This document shows positions 29,482 to 38,911 of a stretch of DNA of 64,000 nucleotides, piece after piece. Location of the stretch: contig JAGXKI010000001.1 in NCBI GenBank assembly GCA_018335295.1, forward strand, positions 79,512 to 143,511, written 5' to 3'. Position numbers and translations under genes: made by a program. The notes under the pieces were generated by a model. That model had not been told where the DNA came from. It saw only the letters and a program-made list of their open reading frames with translations, and searched no databases. The DNA is from a bacterium. Its GTDB lineage: Bacteria; Acidobacteriota; Aminicenantia; Aminicenantales; Aminicenantaceae. How positions within the stretch are numbered: the first letter of the stretch is position 1; each line of letters starts with the position of its first letter.

Positions 29482-32400
29482 AGATCGCGGAAATAAGCAT
29501 AAAAAAAAGAGTGGGAACGATTCTATTAACCATGGCCGTGATTGTTTTAGGGATCATCTCCATCCGCGAAATCCCGGTTTCTTTCTGGCCGGAGTTTGTG
29601 GCTCCGGCTCTTATTATCGTCACTCCTTTTCCTGGAGCGAGTCCGGCAGAAGTGGAAGAAATGATCGCCGAGCCTTTGGAAGAGCAGCTGAGCACCATCG
29701 ATAGAGTGGATGAGATCGAAACCTCTTGTTTGGAAGGGATTTGCCGGACCACAGTGAGATTCAATTATGGAATTGATTTCGATGAGGCCAAACTGGATGT
29801 TCAGGAAAGGACCAACCGGGCGCGGAGCATGTTTCCGCGAAGAGCTTCCAACCCCACTGTTCTTCAAGTCCAGGATTTTCTTCCTCCGGGAATCGAAGTG
29901 GGGTTTTCTTCAAAAACTCGAGAATTGAATGAATTGAGAAGGTTTGTAGAGACCAAACTGAAAAACCGGTTTTTGCGCCTGGAGAAGGTAGCCAACGTTC
30001 AGGTTTTAGGAGGCTACGAACAAGAAGTTTTAATCCGGGTGAATCCGGATAAGCTTCATGCTTTAGGCCTCTCTCTTTCTCAGATAAATACAGCCTTGGT
30101 TTCTGAAAATGCAGATGTTCCCGCCGGGAAATTCACAACTGAAAGGAAAAATTATTTTGTCCGGGTCAGCGGCGAGTTTGAAAGCATCAGGGGAATAAAA
30201 AATATCATTGTTTCTTCTTCCGGAGGCAACCCTGTTTACCTGAAAGATGTGGCTTCTGTGGAATTTGAGAATAAAGAGAGAGATTCTATAACCAGAGTGA
30301 ATGGAAAAGAATTGATTATCATGGCTTTCCGTGAAAAAAGCGGTGGCAACACAGTGGCCATGGTGGATCAAGTGAGAAGCCAGCTGGATAATGTCAAAAA
30401 ACTGATCCCTTCGGATATTCAGTTATCCATCGTGAGTGACCAGTCCATTTTTATAGAGAATGCCATCAACAATGTGGTCCGGAATGCTGCTCTGGGAGCT
30501 TTGCTGGCGGGGATCATCATATTTTTATTTTTGGGGCGAATACGGAATTTTCTCATCATTGCTTTTTCCATACCCATCTCTATCATCGGTTCGTTTTTCT
30601 TGATTGATACTTTCGGGTTGAGCATAAACACCATCTCTTTGGGCGGTTTGGCTCTAGGGATAGGGATGATTGTGGATTCTTCTGTGGTGGTCATGGAAAA
30701 CATTTTCCGCCACATGCAGGAAGCTCGGTCTCAGGGACGCTTGAAAACAGTGGTGGATGCCACCAGAGAAGTAGGGGCAGCGATCACGTCTTCCAATTTG
30801 ACTTCGATCGTGGTTTTCCTTCCGTTGGCATTCTTGGTGGGGTTGTTTGCGGTCCTGTTTGGGGAGCTGGCTCTCACCGTGGTTTTCGCCTTAAGCCTTT
30901 CTATCATTGTCGCTTTAACCGTGGTTCCCATGCTCAGCTATAAGCTCATCCAGGTTGAAGGAGAGAGAAAAAAAATCAATGTCTTGGCTCGGGGCTGGCA
31001 GAGTCTGCTGGACAGGGTATTGGGTATTTACCGCCCTACTCTGCGCTGGGTGTTGAGGCATCGATTGATAACTCTCTTTTCCGCTGTAGCTATTCTGGGG
31101 TTGTTTGTAGGATTTCTAGCTCCCCGTTTGGACACGGAACTTCTCCCTCCCATCAATGAAGGAGAAATCACCGTAGAATTCATTCTTCCGGAAGGAACTC
31201 GCTTAGACTATACCGATGAAGTGATTCAGAAAGTGGAAACTCAAGTGGGGAAACGCAAAGAGGTGGAACAAGTCAAATCAGTAGGGGGGTTCAATCCTAC
31301 CAGTGGAGAGAGAAAACAAAACATAGGAGTATTGACGGTAAGTCTCAAACCCGAGTATTTTGAGACCATAAACAGCCTGATGACCCAGATACGCAAATCC
31401 ACGAGGGGGATTCCCGGTGTCAAAATCACAGTGAAGCAGGTGGATGTCAGCACCGGAATGGCTGAGGAACCTGTAAATATCCGGATCGCTGGTGACGATC
31501 TCTCCACGTTGGACCGCCTGGGAGGAGAAGCTGTTCAACTCATAGAGACCGTTCCAGGGGTGGTGAACCTCTCCAGTACTCTTCAGCAGGGGGTTTCCGA
31601 ATATGTTCTCCGGATTGACCGGACCCAGGCTTCCGACCTGGGAATCTCTTCTGCTCAGGTTAGGAGGGCGGTCAGAGCGGGGTTATCCGGAGTTTCAGGC
31701 ACCCGTTTAAGTTTGGCCGGCGAGGAATATGATATCACTGTCAAAGGAAATCCTTCCGATCTCCGATCCCTCCAACAGCTGCTTGATTTTCCTGTCACCA
31801 CGCGAAAAAAAGAAGTCATCCCTCTTCGGTCTGTGGTCTCGGTGGATTTGAAAAAAAGCCCCAGTGAAATCAAACGGTTTGACCAGCAGAGAGGTGTGGA
31901 GATCAAAGCGGACGTGGAAGGACGAAGTCAGCGGGAAGTGGTTTCTGAAGTCAAGGAAAAAATGGGAGGGTTGAAATTACCGGAAGATTATTTTATGACC
32001 TATGGAGGGCAGTCCGAATCGATCACCCAATCTTTCCAGACTCTTCTGACTGCCTTGATCATCGCGATTTTCTTGGTGTATGTGGTAATGGGATTTCAGT
32101 TCAACTCCTTTATTCATCCTTTCACCATAGCTCTGAGCATTCCGTTAGCTCTGGTGGGGGTTATTCTGGGGCTTCTGATATTCGATGCCAAGGTGAGCAT
32201 AAACGCCTTGACCGGGATGATTATGGTGGTGGGGATTGTGGTCAATAACGGAATCCTTCTCGTGGACTACATCAATCAACTGCGGGAAAGAGGGTTCAAG
32301 AAAACAGAAGCCATTGTGGAAGGAGGAGCGATCCGACTCCGGCCGATTCTGATCACTTCTATGACCACGATTTTCGCCATGCTCCCCATTGCTTTAAGCT

Positions 32401-32531
32401 TAGGGCAGGGGGGAGAAGCCCTGAAGCCTTTGGGGGCTGTGGTATGTGGGGGACTGTTAACCTCTACCTTTTTAACTCTCATCATCATCCCCTGTGTGTA
32501 TTCCCTTCTGGACCGACTAAGCCGCTCTTAA
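29478..32531 (+). CDS. RND efflux permease (AcrB/AcrD/AcrF family)
   Basis: PGASP.EVE, GMIVDSSVVV.ENI, GIVVNNGIL, RLRPILITS. Confidence 0.95.
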   Translation: MKIAEISIKKRVGTILLTMAVIVLGIISIREIPVSFWPEFVAPALIIVTPFPGASPAEVEEMIAEPLEEQLSTIDRVDEIETSCLEGICRTTVRFNYGIDFDEAKLDVQERTNRARSMFPRRASNPTVLQVQDFLPPGIEVGFSSKTRELNELRRFVETKLKNRFLRLEKVANVQVLGGYEQEVLIRVNPDKLHALGLSLSQINTALVSENADVPAGKFTTERKNYFVRVSGEFESIRGIKNIIVSSSGGNPVYLKDVASVEFENKERDSITRVNGKELIIMAFREKSGGNTVAMVDQVRSQLDNVKKLIPSDIQLSIVSDQSIFIENAINNVVRNAALGALLAGIIIFLFLGRIRNFLIIAFSIPISIIGSFFLIDTFGLSINTISLGGLALGIGMIVDSSVVVMENIFRHMQEARSQGRLKTVVDATREVGAAITSSNLTSIVVFLPLAFLVGLFAVLFGELALTVVFALSLSIIVALTVVPMLSYKLIQVEGERKKINVLARGWQSLLDRVLGIYRPTLRWVLRHRLITLFSAVAILGLFVGFLAPRLDTELLPPINEGEITVEFILPEGTRLDYTDEVIQKVETQVGKRKEVEQVKSVGGFNPTSGERKQNIGVLTVSLKPEYFETINSLMTQIRKSTRGIPGVKITVKQVDVSTGMAEEPVNIRIAGDDLSTLDRLGGEAVQLIETVPGVVNLSSTLQQGVSEYVLRIDRTQASDLGISSAQVRRAVRAGLSGVSGTRLSLAGEEYDITVKGNPSDLRSLQQLLDFPVTTRKKEVIPLRSVVSVDLKKSPSEIKRFDQQRGVEIKADVEGRSQREVVSEVKEKMGGLKLPEDYFMTYGGQSESITQSFQTLLTALIIAIFLVYVVMGFQFNSFIHPFTIALSIPLALVGVILGLLIFDAKVSINALTGMIMVVGIVVNNGILLVDYINQLRERGFKKTEAIVEGGAIRLRPILITSMTTIFAMLPIALSLGQGGEALKPLGAVVCGGLLTSTFLTLIIIPCVYSLLDRLSRS

Positions 32532-32615
32532 TATTCTTCTCTGAATGTCTGAATTGGGTAATGATTGTTTATTTTTTTCTTGAAAAAAAGTTTCTTTCTG
32601 GATTATTTTTAAGAT

Positions 32616-34046
32616 ATGAAAAAACCATGTCTTTTTCTCTCTAGTTTCCTTCTGGTTCTCCTGCTGAGCAATTGTGCGGTCAATCCGGTCTCAGGAAAGC
32701 GGGAACTGATGTTGTTCTCCGAGGAAGCTGAAATTTCTATGGGAGAAAAGAGTGACCAGCAGATCCGGAATCATTATGGAGTTTACAAAGAGGAAGCCAT
32801 CAATAAATATGTAGGTAAAATCGGTAGATCTCTGGTACCCCATACGCACCGACCTCAACTTGATTATCATTTCGCCGTATTGGATACTCCTGTGGTCAAC
32901 GCCTTTGCTGTTCCAGGAGGATACATCTATGTGACCCGGGGACTTTTGGCTGCCATGAATTCAGAAGCGCAACTGGCTTTGGTTTTGGGGCATGAGCTGG
33001 GACATGTCAGCGCCCGCCACAGCGTTAGTAAAATGAGTCAAATGCTCTTGGTTCAGGTAGGAATGGTTGTGGGAAGTGTCTTGAGCGAGAAGTTCGCCGA
33101 AATTTCAGGCGCTGCCGGTATAGGGATCCAGCTCCTTTTTCTTAAATTCAGCCGGGACGATGAGAGAGAGGCAGACCGACTGGGAGTATTGTACGGCCGC
33201 AAAGGGAAATACAACCCTGCTAAAATGATTGCATTTTTCAAGACCCTTCAGGATTTAGGAGATTTGAGTGAAGGTCGCAGTCTTCCCGGATTTCTCTCCA
33301 CTCATCCTCTAACCCGCGAGCGAATCCAGAATACCCGTGAGATGATTGCAGAAAAAGACAGCCAGCTTAAAATCAGAACTCGACCTTATCTTCAGCGTAT
33401 CCAGAATCTGGTCTTTGGCTCGGATCCCAGACAGGGTTATACTATCCGTCACACATTTTACCATCCCAATATGAGTTTTGCTTTTTCCTATCCCCGAAGA
33501 TGGAAACTCCAGAATACTCCGAGCCGGGTCACAATGATTTCCGAAGATGAAAAGGCCGCTATGCTTCTTCAAACCGAAGAAACTTCATCTCAACTTCAAG
33601 AATATGCCGAAAAGAAAGTATCCGAGATTCAAGACAAACGTCTATTGGGTGAGAAGAGTTTGTCTATAAACGGACTTTCTTCTTATCAGAGGATATATGA
33701 GATCGCACAGGAAGATAAAGAGGATCTTCGGGCCCAGATGTGTTTCATCCGCTATGGACCGCGAATTTTCACATTTACCGGGTTGACCACTTCTACTGAA
33801 TTCAACCATTATGACTATTTTTTCGAAAAAACCGCGGGATCTTTTCAACGATTAAAGAAGAAGAAATATCTAAACCGCCAGCCTCGTCGGATTCACCTGG
33901 TCAAAGGAGATGGAAAGACTTCCTTAAAACAAATGTTCCAGCAGGCTGGAATGGACCAAGAGCTATGGGAGAAGTTAGCTGTGATGAACGATCTGGAATT
34001 GAACCAGACTCCCAAACCAAACCAGCTCATCAAAGTGGTTAAGTAG
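32616..34046 (+). CDS. M48 family metalloprotease lipoprotein
   Basis: CAVNPVSG, NAFAVPGG, HELGH, FSR..E.EAD, LSTHP. Confidence 0.9.
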   Translation: MKKPCLFLSSFLLVLLLSNCAVNPVSGKRELMLFSEEAEISMGEKSDQQIRNHYGVYKEEAINKYVGKIGRSLVPHTHRPQLDYHFAVLDTPVVNAFAVPGGYIYVTRGLLAAMNSEAQLALVLGHELGHVSARHSVSKMSQMLLVQVGMVVGSVLSEKFAEISGAAGIGIQLLFLKFSRDDEREADRLGVLYGRKGKYNPAKMIAFFKTLQDLGDLSEGRSLPGFLSTHPLTRERIQNTREMIAEKDSQLKIRTRPYLQRIQNLVFGSDPRQGYTIRHTFYHPNMSFAFSYPRRWKLQNTPSRVTMISEDEKAAMLLQTEETSSQLQEYAEKKVSEIQDKRLLGEKSLSINGLSSYQRIYEIAQEDKEDLRAQMCFIRYGPRIFTFTGLTTSTEFNHYDYFFEKTAGSFQRLKKKKYLNRQPRRIHLVKGDGKTSLKQMFQQAGMDQELWEKLAVMNDLELNQTPKPNQLIKVVK

Positions 34047-34078
34047 ATTGGGGAATTCTAAAAAACGGTCCTCAATTA

Positions 34079-34492
34079 TTAAGATAGGTCAGGCCAATCC
34101 AGAAATCTAGCGAGTTGATTGAGAAATGTCTTAAAATTTCCTAACCGGTTTTGTAATATATTGTAGATTTGATTTTCATCTATTTCCCAGTAGATGTGAA
34201 CAAGCCGATTCCGGAATCTAGCCATCTCTTTTAATCTTTCTACAAAAGAATTCTCAAAAGCTCCGTTTTCTCCCAGGACTCTGAAAGCATCAGAGTAATC
34301 TTCAGGAGCCCTATACCCGTTTCGAGAGATAAGGTGATTACACATATCAATCGCAGCTTCAATAGCAATCATAAAATGATATTTCGCACTCCCGCTCTTA
34401 TCGGGATCCTTAAGGAAATAGTCTTTTTTATATTTTTGGAGCCTTTGAAGTTGTCTCACAGCTTCTCGCATATGAGAGACCAGCTTCGTCAT
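34079..34492 (-). CDS. DUF86/HepT-like HEPN ribonuclease, orphan and possibly 5'-truncated
   Basis: RNRLVHIY (R-x4-H-x-Y), IEAAID.C.H, P.DY.D.F; no MNT gene upstream. Confidence 0.8.
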   Translation of the reverse strand: MTKLVSHMREAVRQLQRLQKYKKDYFLKDPDKSGSAKYHFMIAIEAAIDMCNHLISRNGYRAPEDYSDAFRVLGENGAFENSFVERLKEMARFRNRLVHIYWEIDENQIYNILQNRLGNFKTFLNQLARFLDWPDLS

Positions 34493-34714
34493 TCTGTCTG
34501 AAATGATGAAATGGAAGTCCCAGAAGATTAAAAGGAAGGTTTCATCTGAAATTCAAAATATTTTGGATCTTCGTTCCCATGAAAAAATATCTGAAAACAA
34601 GTTGAACACTCATTTTTATTTTCATCCCAAAAATAGATAGTGGGAATTTCTCTTTTATCTATTTCTTTCGGAGAACATTGTTGTAAAATAAAGAGGATTC
34701 ACAAGGAGGAGAAA

Positions 34715-35947
34715 ATGAACCGATATATTTTCCGAATGACCCGAATCCTGGTTCTGGCGGCTTTCCTTTGTTTTTCTCTAATGCCCCTCAATGCAGAAAA
34801 ACCTCAAGCCTCAGAAAACGAAAAATACTTGGAAGACGCCCTTGTCTGCGGGATTTCCATGGGAATCCCCGGTATTTCTGCTGCTGTGGGAGTGGGGGAC
34901 AAACTGGTGTGGAAAGGAACAGCGGGATACAGCGACCTCTCACGGAGGATTCCGGTTAAACCCAATGACCGTTTCGGTATTGGAAGCATCACCAAAACCT
35001 TTGTGGCCCGGGTGATCCTTCAATTAGCTGAAGAAGGCAAATTGGATTTGAGCAAATCCCCCACCGATTACATCGACCTGGAGATTGTGCGCCGAGTCCC
35101 CAATACAGATAAGGCCACCCTGCGTGAGCTTTTAAACCATCAAAGCGGCATTCCCACCTGGGAATTCCAGCCTGATTGGATTCGCAAAGGCCGCGGTGAG
35201 GATATGGAGCTGGATTATGTCTGGGGAAAGACAGAAACTCTGGAGTATTTGACCCACAAAGACATAACCGCATCGTTTGAACCCGGAGAACAATATTCCT
35301 ACTCCAACACCAACTACACCATCCTGGGTCTTGTGATCGAAGCTGTGACCGGAAACGATGTCATCACAGAGATTCGGGAACGGATTTTCAAACCCCTTCA
35401 CCTGGAAGACACCTTTCTGGAAGCCTTTGAAGAAATCCCGGGCGGTTACGTCAACCATTACCACTATGCCACCCCCCACTTTGATGAGATTGCGGGAGTC
35501 CACCGGGGATTTACAAAAATCCGGCCCTATCTTGTGGAGTCTACAGCCGCCAATCTGTCTCCGGAATGGGTGGCGGGAGGTATGGTCTCCTCAGCAAGCG
35601 ATTTGGTGAGATGGGGTCGAGCTATCCGTGACGGTGAACTCCTCGGGCCCGAGATGCAGAAAGAAGTCTACACCTACTATCCTCCGGAAAAATCCAAAAG
35701 TTCGCGAATGAAGTATATGCAGGGAGTTATGAAAATCGAGGATTACTACGAAGGTCACACGGTTTATGGTCACTCCGGAGGCACTCTGGGGTTTACAGCC
35801 ATGATGTACTGGATGGAAGACCCTGAAATGACGGTGGTCCTTTTAACCAATGTGGGGCGGATGCACACTGGATTGAGCCGGTCTCCGGTCAGCCTTTTTT
35901 ACCGGGAGGTTTTGCTTCCCGCAGTGATGCGGTATCTTAACCACTAG
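34715..35947 (+). CDS. Serine hydrolase (beta-lactamase/D-Ala-D-Ala carboxypeptidase family), exported
   Basis: RBS AGGAGG, signal peptide, SITK (SxxK), LLNHQSG, YSN, GHSGG. Confidence 0.9.
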   Translation: MNRYIFRMTRILVLAAFLCFSLMPLNAEKPQASENEKYLEDALVCGISMGIPGISAAVGVGDKLVWKGTAGYSDLSRRIPVKPNDRFGIGSITKTFVARVILQLAEEGKLDLSKSPTDYIDLEIVRRVPNTDKATLRELLNHQSGIPTWEFQPDWIRKGRGEDMELDYVWGKTETLEYLTHKDITASFEPGEQYSYSNTNYTILGLVIEAVTGNDVITEIRERIFKPLHLEDTFLEAFEEIPGGYVNHYHYATPHFDEIAGVHRGFTKIRPYLVESTAANLSPEWVAGGMVSSASDLVRWGRAIRDGELLGPEMQKEVYTYYPPEKSKSSRMKYMQGVMKIEDYYEGHTVYGHSGGTLGFTAMMYWMEDPEMTVVLLTNVGRMHTGLSRSPVSLFYREVLLPAVMRYLNH

Positions 35948-35949
35948 CC

Positions 35950-36140
35950 GCCGAGTAATGATTTACTGATAACCTATCTTTCTTTCAATTTTCAACGAAA
36001 AGTTAAATGAGCTTAAGGTGTCAAAATTGAATCAATTGTAATATAATTCGGAGGTCAGTATGAAATTAATTGTTAAGGTGGAGATCAAAAAGCTGAAAGA
36101 TAACAAAAATGAAAAAAATAGATAGAGTATTTAAAGAATT
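35950..36140 (+). repeat. 191-bp direct repeat, copy 1
   Basis: GCCGAGTAATG...TTAAAGAATT; matches 38693-38883 except three substitutions seen by eye. Confidence 0.92.
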
Positions 36141-36379
36141 GAGTTCATTATACGAATTGAATAGGATTATCCAACCCTACAGGATACAAAAAACAAAACC
36201 TCTTATTAAACCAGGAAATCACCAAAGAAGTTCCTGTTGTTTTCAATCTGAGATATTCCAGTTGGTTTGATAGCATTTGACAAACTGAGATCCATTTTCG
36301 TTTTCTTCTTTCCCTTCCTTCTGGAAATTCATAAGATTTTATCTTAATGTGATGAGCATCTGTTCTCTAAGTCAATATT

Positions 36380-36766
36380 TTAACAACACTTTGCCCATAC
36401 ACAAGCAGCTTGGCGGATGATAGAGGAGGGGATACCTTCGTATGAATTTCCCTTGTATTCTAAGGTACGGCAGGAAGTAGATGATTTGCCCGTGAATTCA
36501 CAGCAGGAAGGACAAGCACTTTCTGATGCGGATGCGTCTGGCAGGATGTCTTCAATAGGGGTGCCGTTAAAAAGAATCATGTTTGATTCTGGTAGTTCCT
36601 TTTCGGCTAATTTTGTTTCCTTGAATTTTATTTCCCAGCCACACGGTCTGCATTCTTGGGCCAGCCTGGCAACCACTTCTTTAAGTGTCTCCCCAGTTTC
36701 TGAACAGCGGAGACAGGTGTTTCCGTCCTTTTCCAGGTGCTTCCATTCAATCTCTAAGGTTTTCAT
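36380..36766 (-). CDS. DUF2703-like Cys-rich protein
   Basis: L.IEW.HL...TC.RC..TG, ESN.I..NG, C.SC, CR..EY.G..YE.IP. Confidence 0.8.
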   Translation of the reverse strand: MKTLEIEWKHLEKDGNTCLRCSETGETLKEVVARLAQECRPCGWEIKFKETKLAEKELPESNMILFNGTPIEDILPDASASESACPSCCEFTGKSSTSCRTLEYKGNSYEGIPSSIIRQAACVWAKCC

Positions 36767-36944
36767 TTTTATCCCTCCTGGAGAAAAGTTTCTATCTATC
36801 TCAGATTTTGAGCATTGAAAGATAGGAATTTTTTTCTGTGGTTAATAGTTTTTTCTCTCCTTCATATAATTTCCTCATTCTAAGCAATTTTGTAACCAAT
36901 CATACACATGAAAAACAGGTCCAGTCAATAATAAATGCGAGGAA

Positions 36945-37286
36945 AGGAGTGGATCACAGAAGCAAGTTGGTTGCAGGTCATGCTCTGGGTCCCAGTTCCC
37001 ACACAGATCTGGCTCTCAAAGCCTGGGAAAGGGCTAAAAAGAGATTAAAAGACTTAGGGTAGCCCTTAGAGAGGATATGATTTTCCATCACGACAAAGAC
37101 GGGGTCTACCTCAGTCACCGCTGGGTGAATGAGGTTGTCATAAAATCCAGAGCCCGGATTTCTTATTCGGAAAGAGGAGTCAAAGAGAATGTCCATATGG
37201 AATCTTTCAACGGACATTTTAAGCAAGAGGACCGGGACCTTTTTTGGGAACAGGAGGATATAGAATCCCTATTAATGATTATTTGA
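36945..37286 (+). mobile_element. Degenerate IS3-family transposase (integrase core) fragment
   Basis: VDHRSKLVAG...LAL.A, in-frame TAG and frameshift, then IFHHDKD.VY.S...SYS..G..EN..MESFNG.FK.E. Confidence 0.75.
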
Positions 37287-37433
37287 TTCGGTCAGGATTT
37301 CTCCACTTTTTTCCCTTTTAAAAATTTTGATCCTTTGTTCAGAAGGCAAATGCTGAAGTCTTGGATGTAATGAATAAGAGGGGGGATTTATGTAAGAATC
37401 GGTTTAATTCAGGTTGGTTTTATTCCCATTAGT

Positions 37434-37880
37434 TCATTTTTTTTCTTGATAGGCTTTGATGAATGAGGCTATTTCTTTTACAAAACGTTCAATATCTTTG
37501 AGATTATCTCTAGCTATGTGATGAAGTTCTCGAGGAGTCACCTCTCTATAAAGATGGACCATTCTATTCCTGTAACCGGCCATAGTATAAAGTATGTCAG
37601 AAAGCTCTTTGGTCAGGACTCCTCTTCGGCCCATTTCTTTGGCGATGAACTTATATTCGATTCCTTTAAACCCTGATGTTTTGGCGAGAATGTGGCGTCC
37701 GATATCAAAAATTGCTTCCAGGCTTCTCCTTAGGTAACTCTCAACAAAAGGAGGATTTCTCTTGTCCGCCAGAAATTCCTTTTCGTTCATTGTAGAAAAG
37801 GGCTTCAGTTCTTGTAGGCAGGATTCAATGAATCTTAAAAGTTCAAGAATCCGCTCTGTATTCAAATTCGATATAACCAT
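37434..37880 (-). CDS. DUF86/HepT-like HEPN toxin
   Basis: RNRMVHLY motif; overlaps the upstream MNT gene. Confidence 0.88.
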   Translation of the reverse strand: MVISNLNTERILELLRFIESCLQELKPFSTMNEKEFLADKRNPPFVESYLRRSLEAIFDIGRHILAKTSGFKGIEYKFIAKEMGRRGVLTKELSDILYTMAGYRNRMVHLYREVTPRELHHIARDNLKDIERFVKEIASFIKAYQEKK

Positions 37881-38334
37881 CCTCTATAGCCTCCAGGATT
37901 TCCCTGTTCATGATCTTCTTTTTAAAAGTCAAATCTTCGGCCTTTTTCATGACCATTTCTTCAAATTCATCAGCAAGAAATGGGTCTTTCTCAAAGATTT
38001 TTATGCCTTTAATGATCTCAGATTGAAAGAGGACATCAACCTCGTGCATGAAGATAAGATCAATATGAAAAGGTTCAAAAATCTCTGATAGTTCCTTATA
38101 AAGGTCTCCATAAATCTTCATCGGGGCAGAAGGAATGTTTTTAAAGGATACCGCCAAGTCGAGATCGGAAAAATCCTCGATATTTATGCTGTTTCCCTGA
38201 AGATATCTCTTACCATTCTTTGATTGCGATCCGAAGATATAGATAAGAGCAATTCCGAATTTTTCAGCTACATTCCTGATATGATAAGTTTTTTCTTTTC
38301 GATGCTGCTCTGAATTTTTCACAGTTTCATCCAT
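37843..38334 (-). CDS. Minimal nucleotidyltransferase (MntA-like antitoxin)
   Basis: YIFGS...SDLDLAV, IDL; GS-to-DxD spacer is 20 aa instead of 10. Confidence 0.85.
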   Translation of the reverse strand: MDETVKNSEQHRKEKTYHIRNVAEKFGIALIYIFGSQSKNGKRYLQGNSINIEDFSDLDLAVSFKNIPSAPMKIYGDLYKELSEIFEPFHIDLIFMHEVDVLFQSEIIKGIKIFEKDPFLADEFEEMVMKKAEDLTFKKKIMNREILEAIEDGYIEFEYRADS

Positions 38335-38544
38335 TTATATACTGAAGCAAGATTTAAGAAAAGAGTTTCCCTTTGGACCTAGCACCCGATCCTCACAATT
38401 TCCCATAATCCCAGCTCATTGATATTTAAAGTAAGATTATCACATCCAAAACGAGAAGGTCAACAAATCAAAAGTGTATCCCCATTTCGAATTTTCGCAT
38501 TTTTTCTATTTTTAAAAAGATATAAATAAAGGTTGATTCGTTCT

Positions 38545-38690
38545 CAGCTTGGGCCGTAGAGCTTATCCAGAGGTGGCAAACAGGATGGCCGGTTATTTCA
38601 ACATCCTGGGAGAGAGGAACCGCTGTATAGATCAGTCCCTTTCAGTCGTTTCCGTTCATATTTGGATAGACACAGCATTGTCCCAGCGGG
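38545..38690 (-). pseudogene. Internal fragment of a CocE/NonD-family hydrolase gene
   Basis: Manual translation TRWDNAV / YPNMNGND*KGLIYTAVPLSQDVEITGHPVCHLWISSTA, with a frameshift and a stop. Confidence 0.6.
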
Positions 38691-38692
38691 TA

Positions 38693-38883
38693 GCCGAGTA
38701 ATGATTTACTGATAACCTATCTTTCTTTCAATTTTCAACGAAAAGTTAAATGAGCTTAAGGTGTCAAAATTGAATCAATTGTAATATAATTCGGAGGTCA
38801 GTATGAAATTGATTGTTAAGGTAGAGATCAAAAAGCTGAAAGATAATAAAAATGAAAAAAATAGATAGAGTATTTAAAGAATT
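38693..38883 (+). repeat. 191-bp direct repeat, copy 2
   Basis: Near-identical to 35950-36140. Confidence 0.92.
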
Positions 38884-38911
38884 AATAAGCGTATGGGAAT
38901 ATACTTAAACA

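Noticed and set aside
35950-38883. 191-bp repeats as integron attC sites
   Set aside because: No RYYYAAC...GTTRRRY palindromic organisation recognised and no integron integrase.
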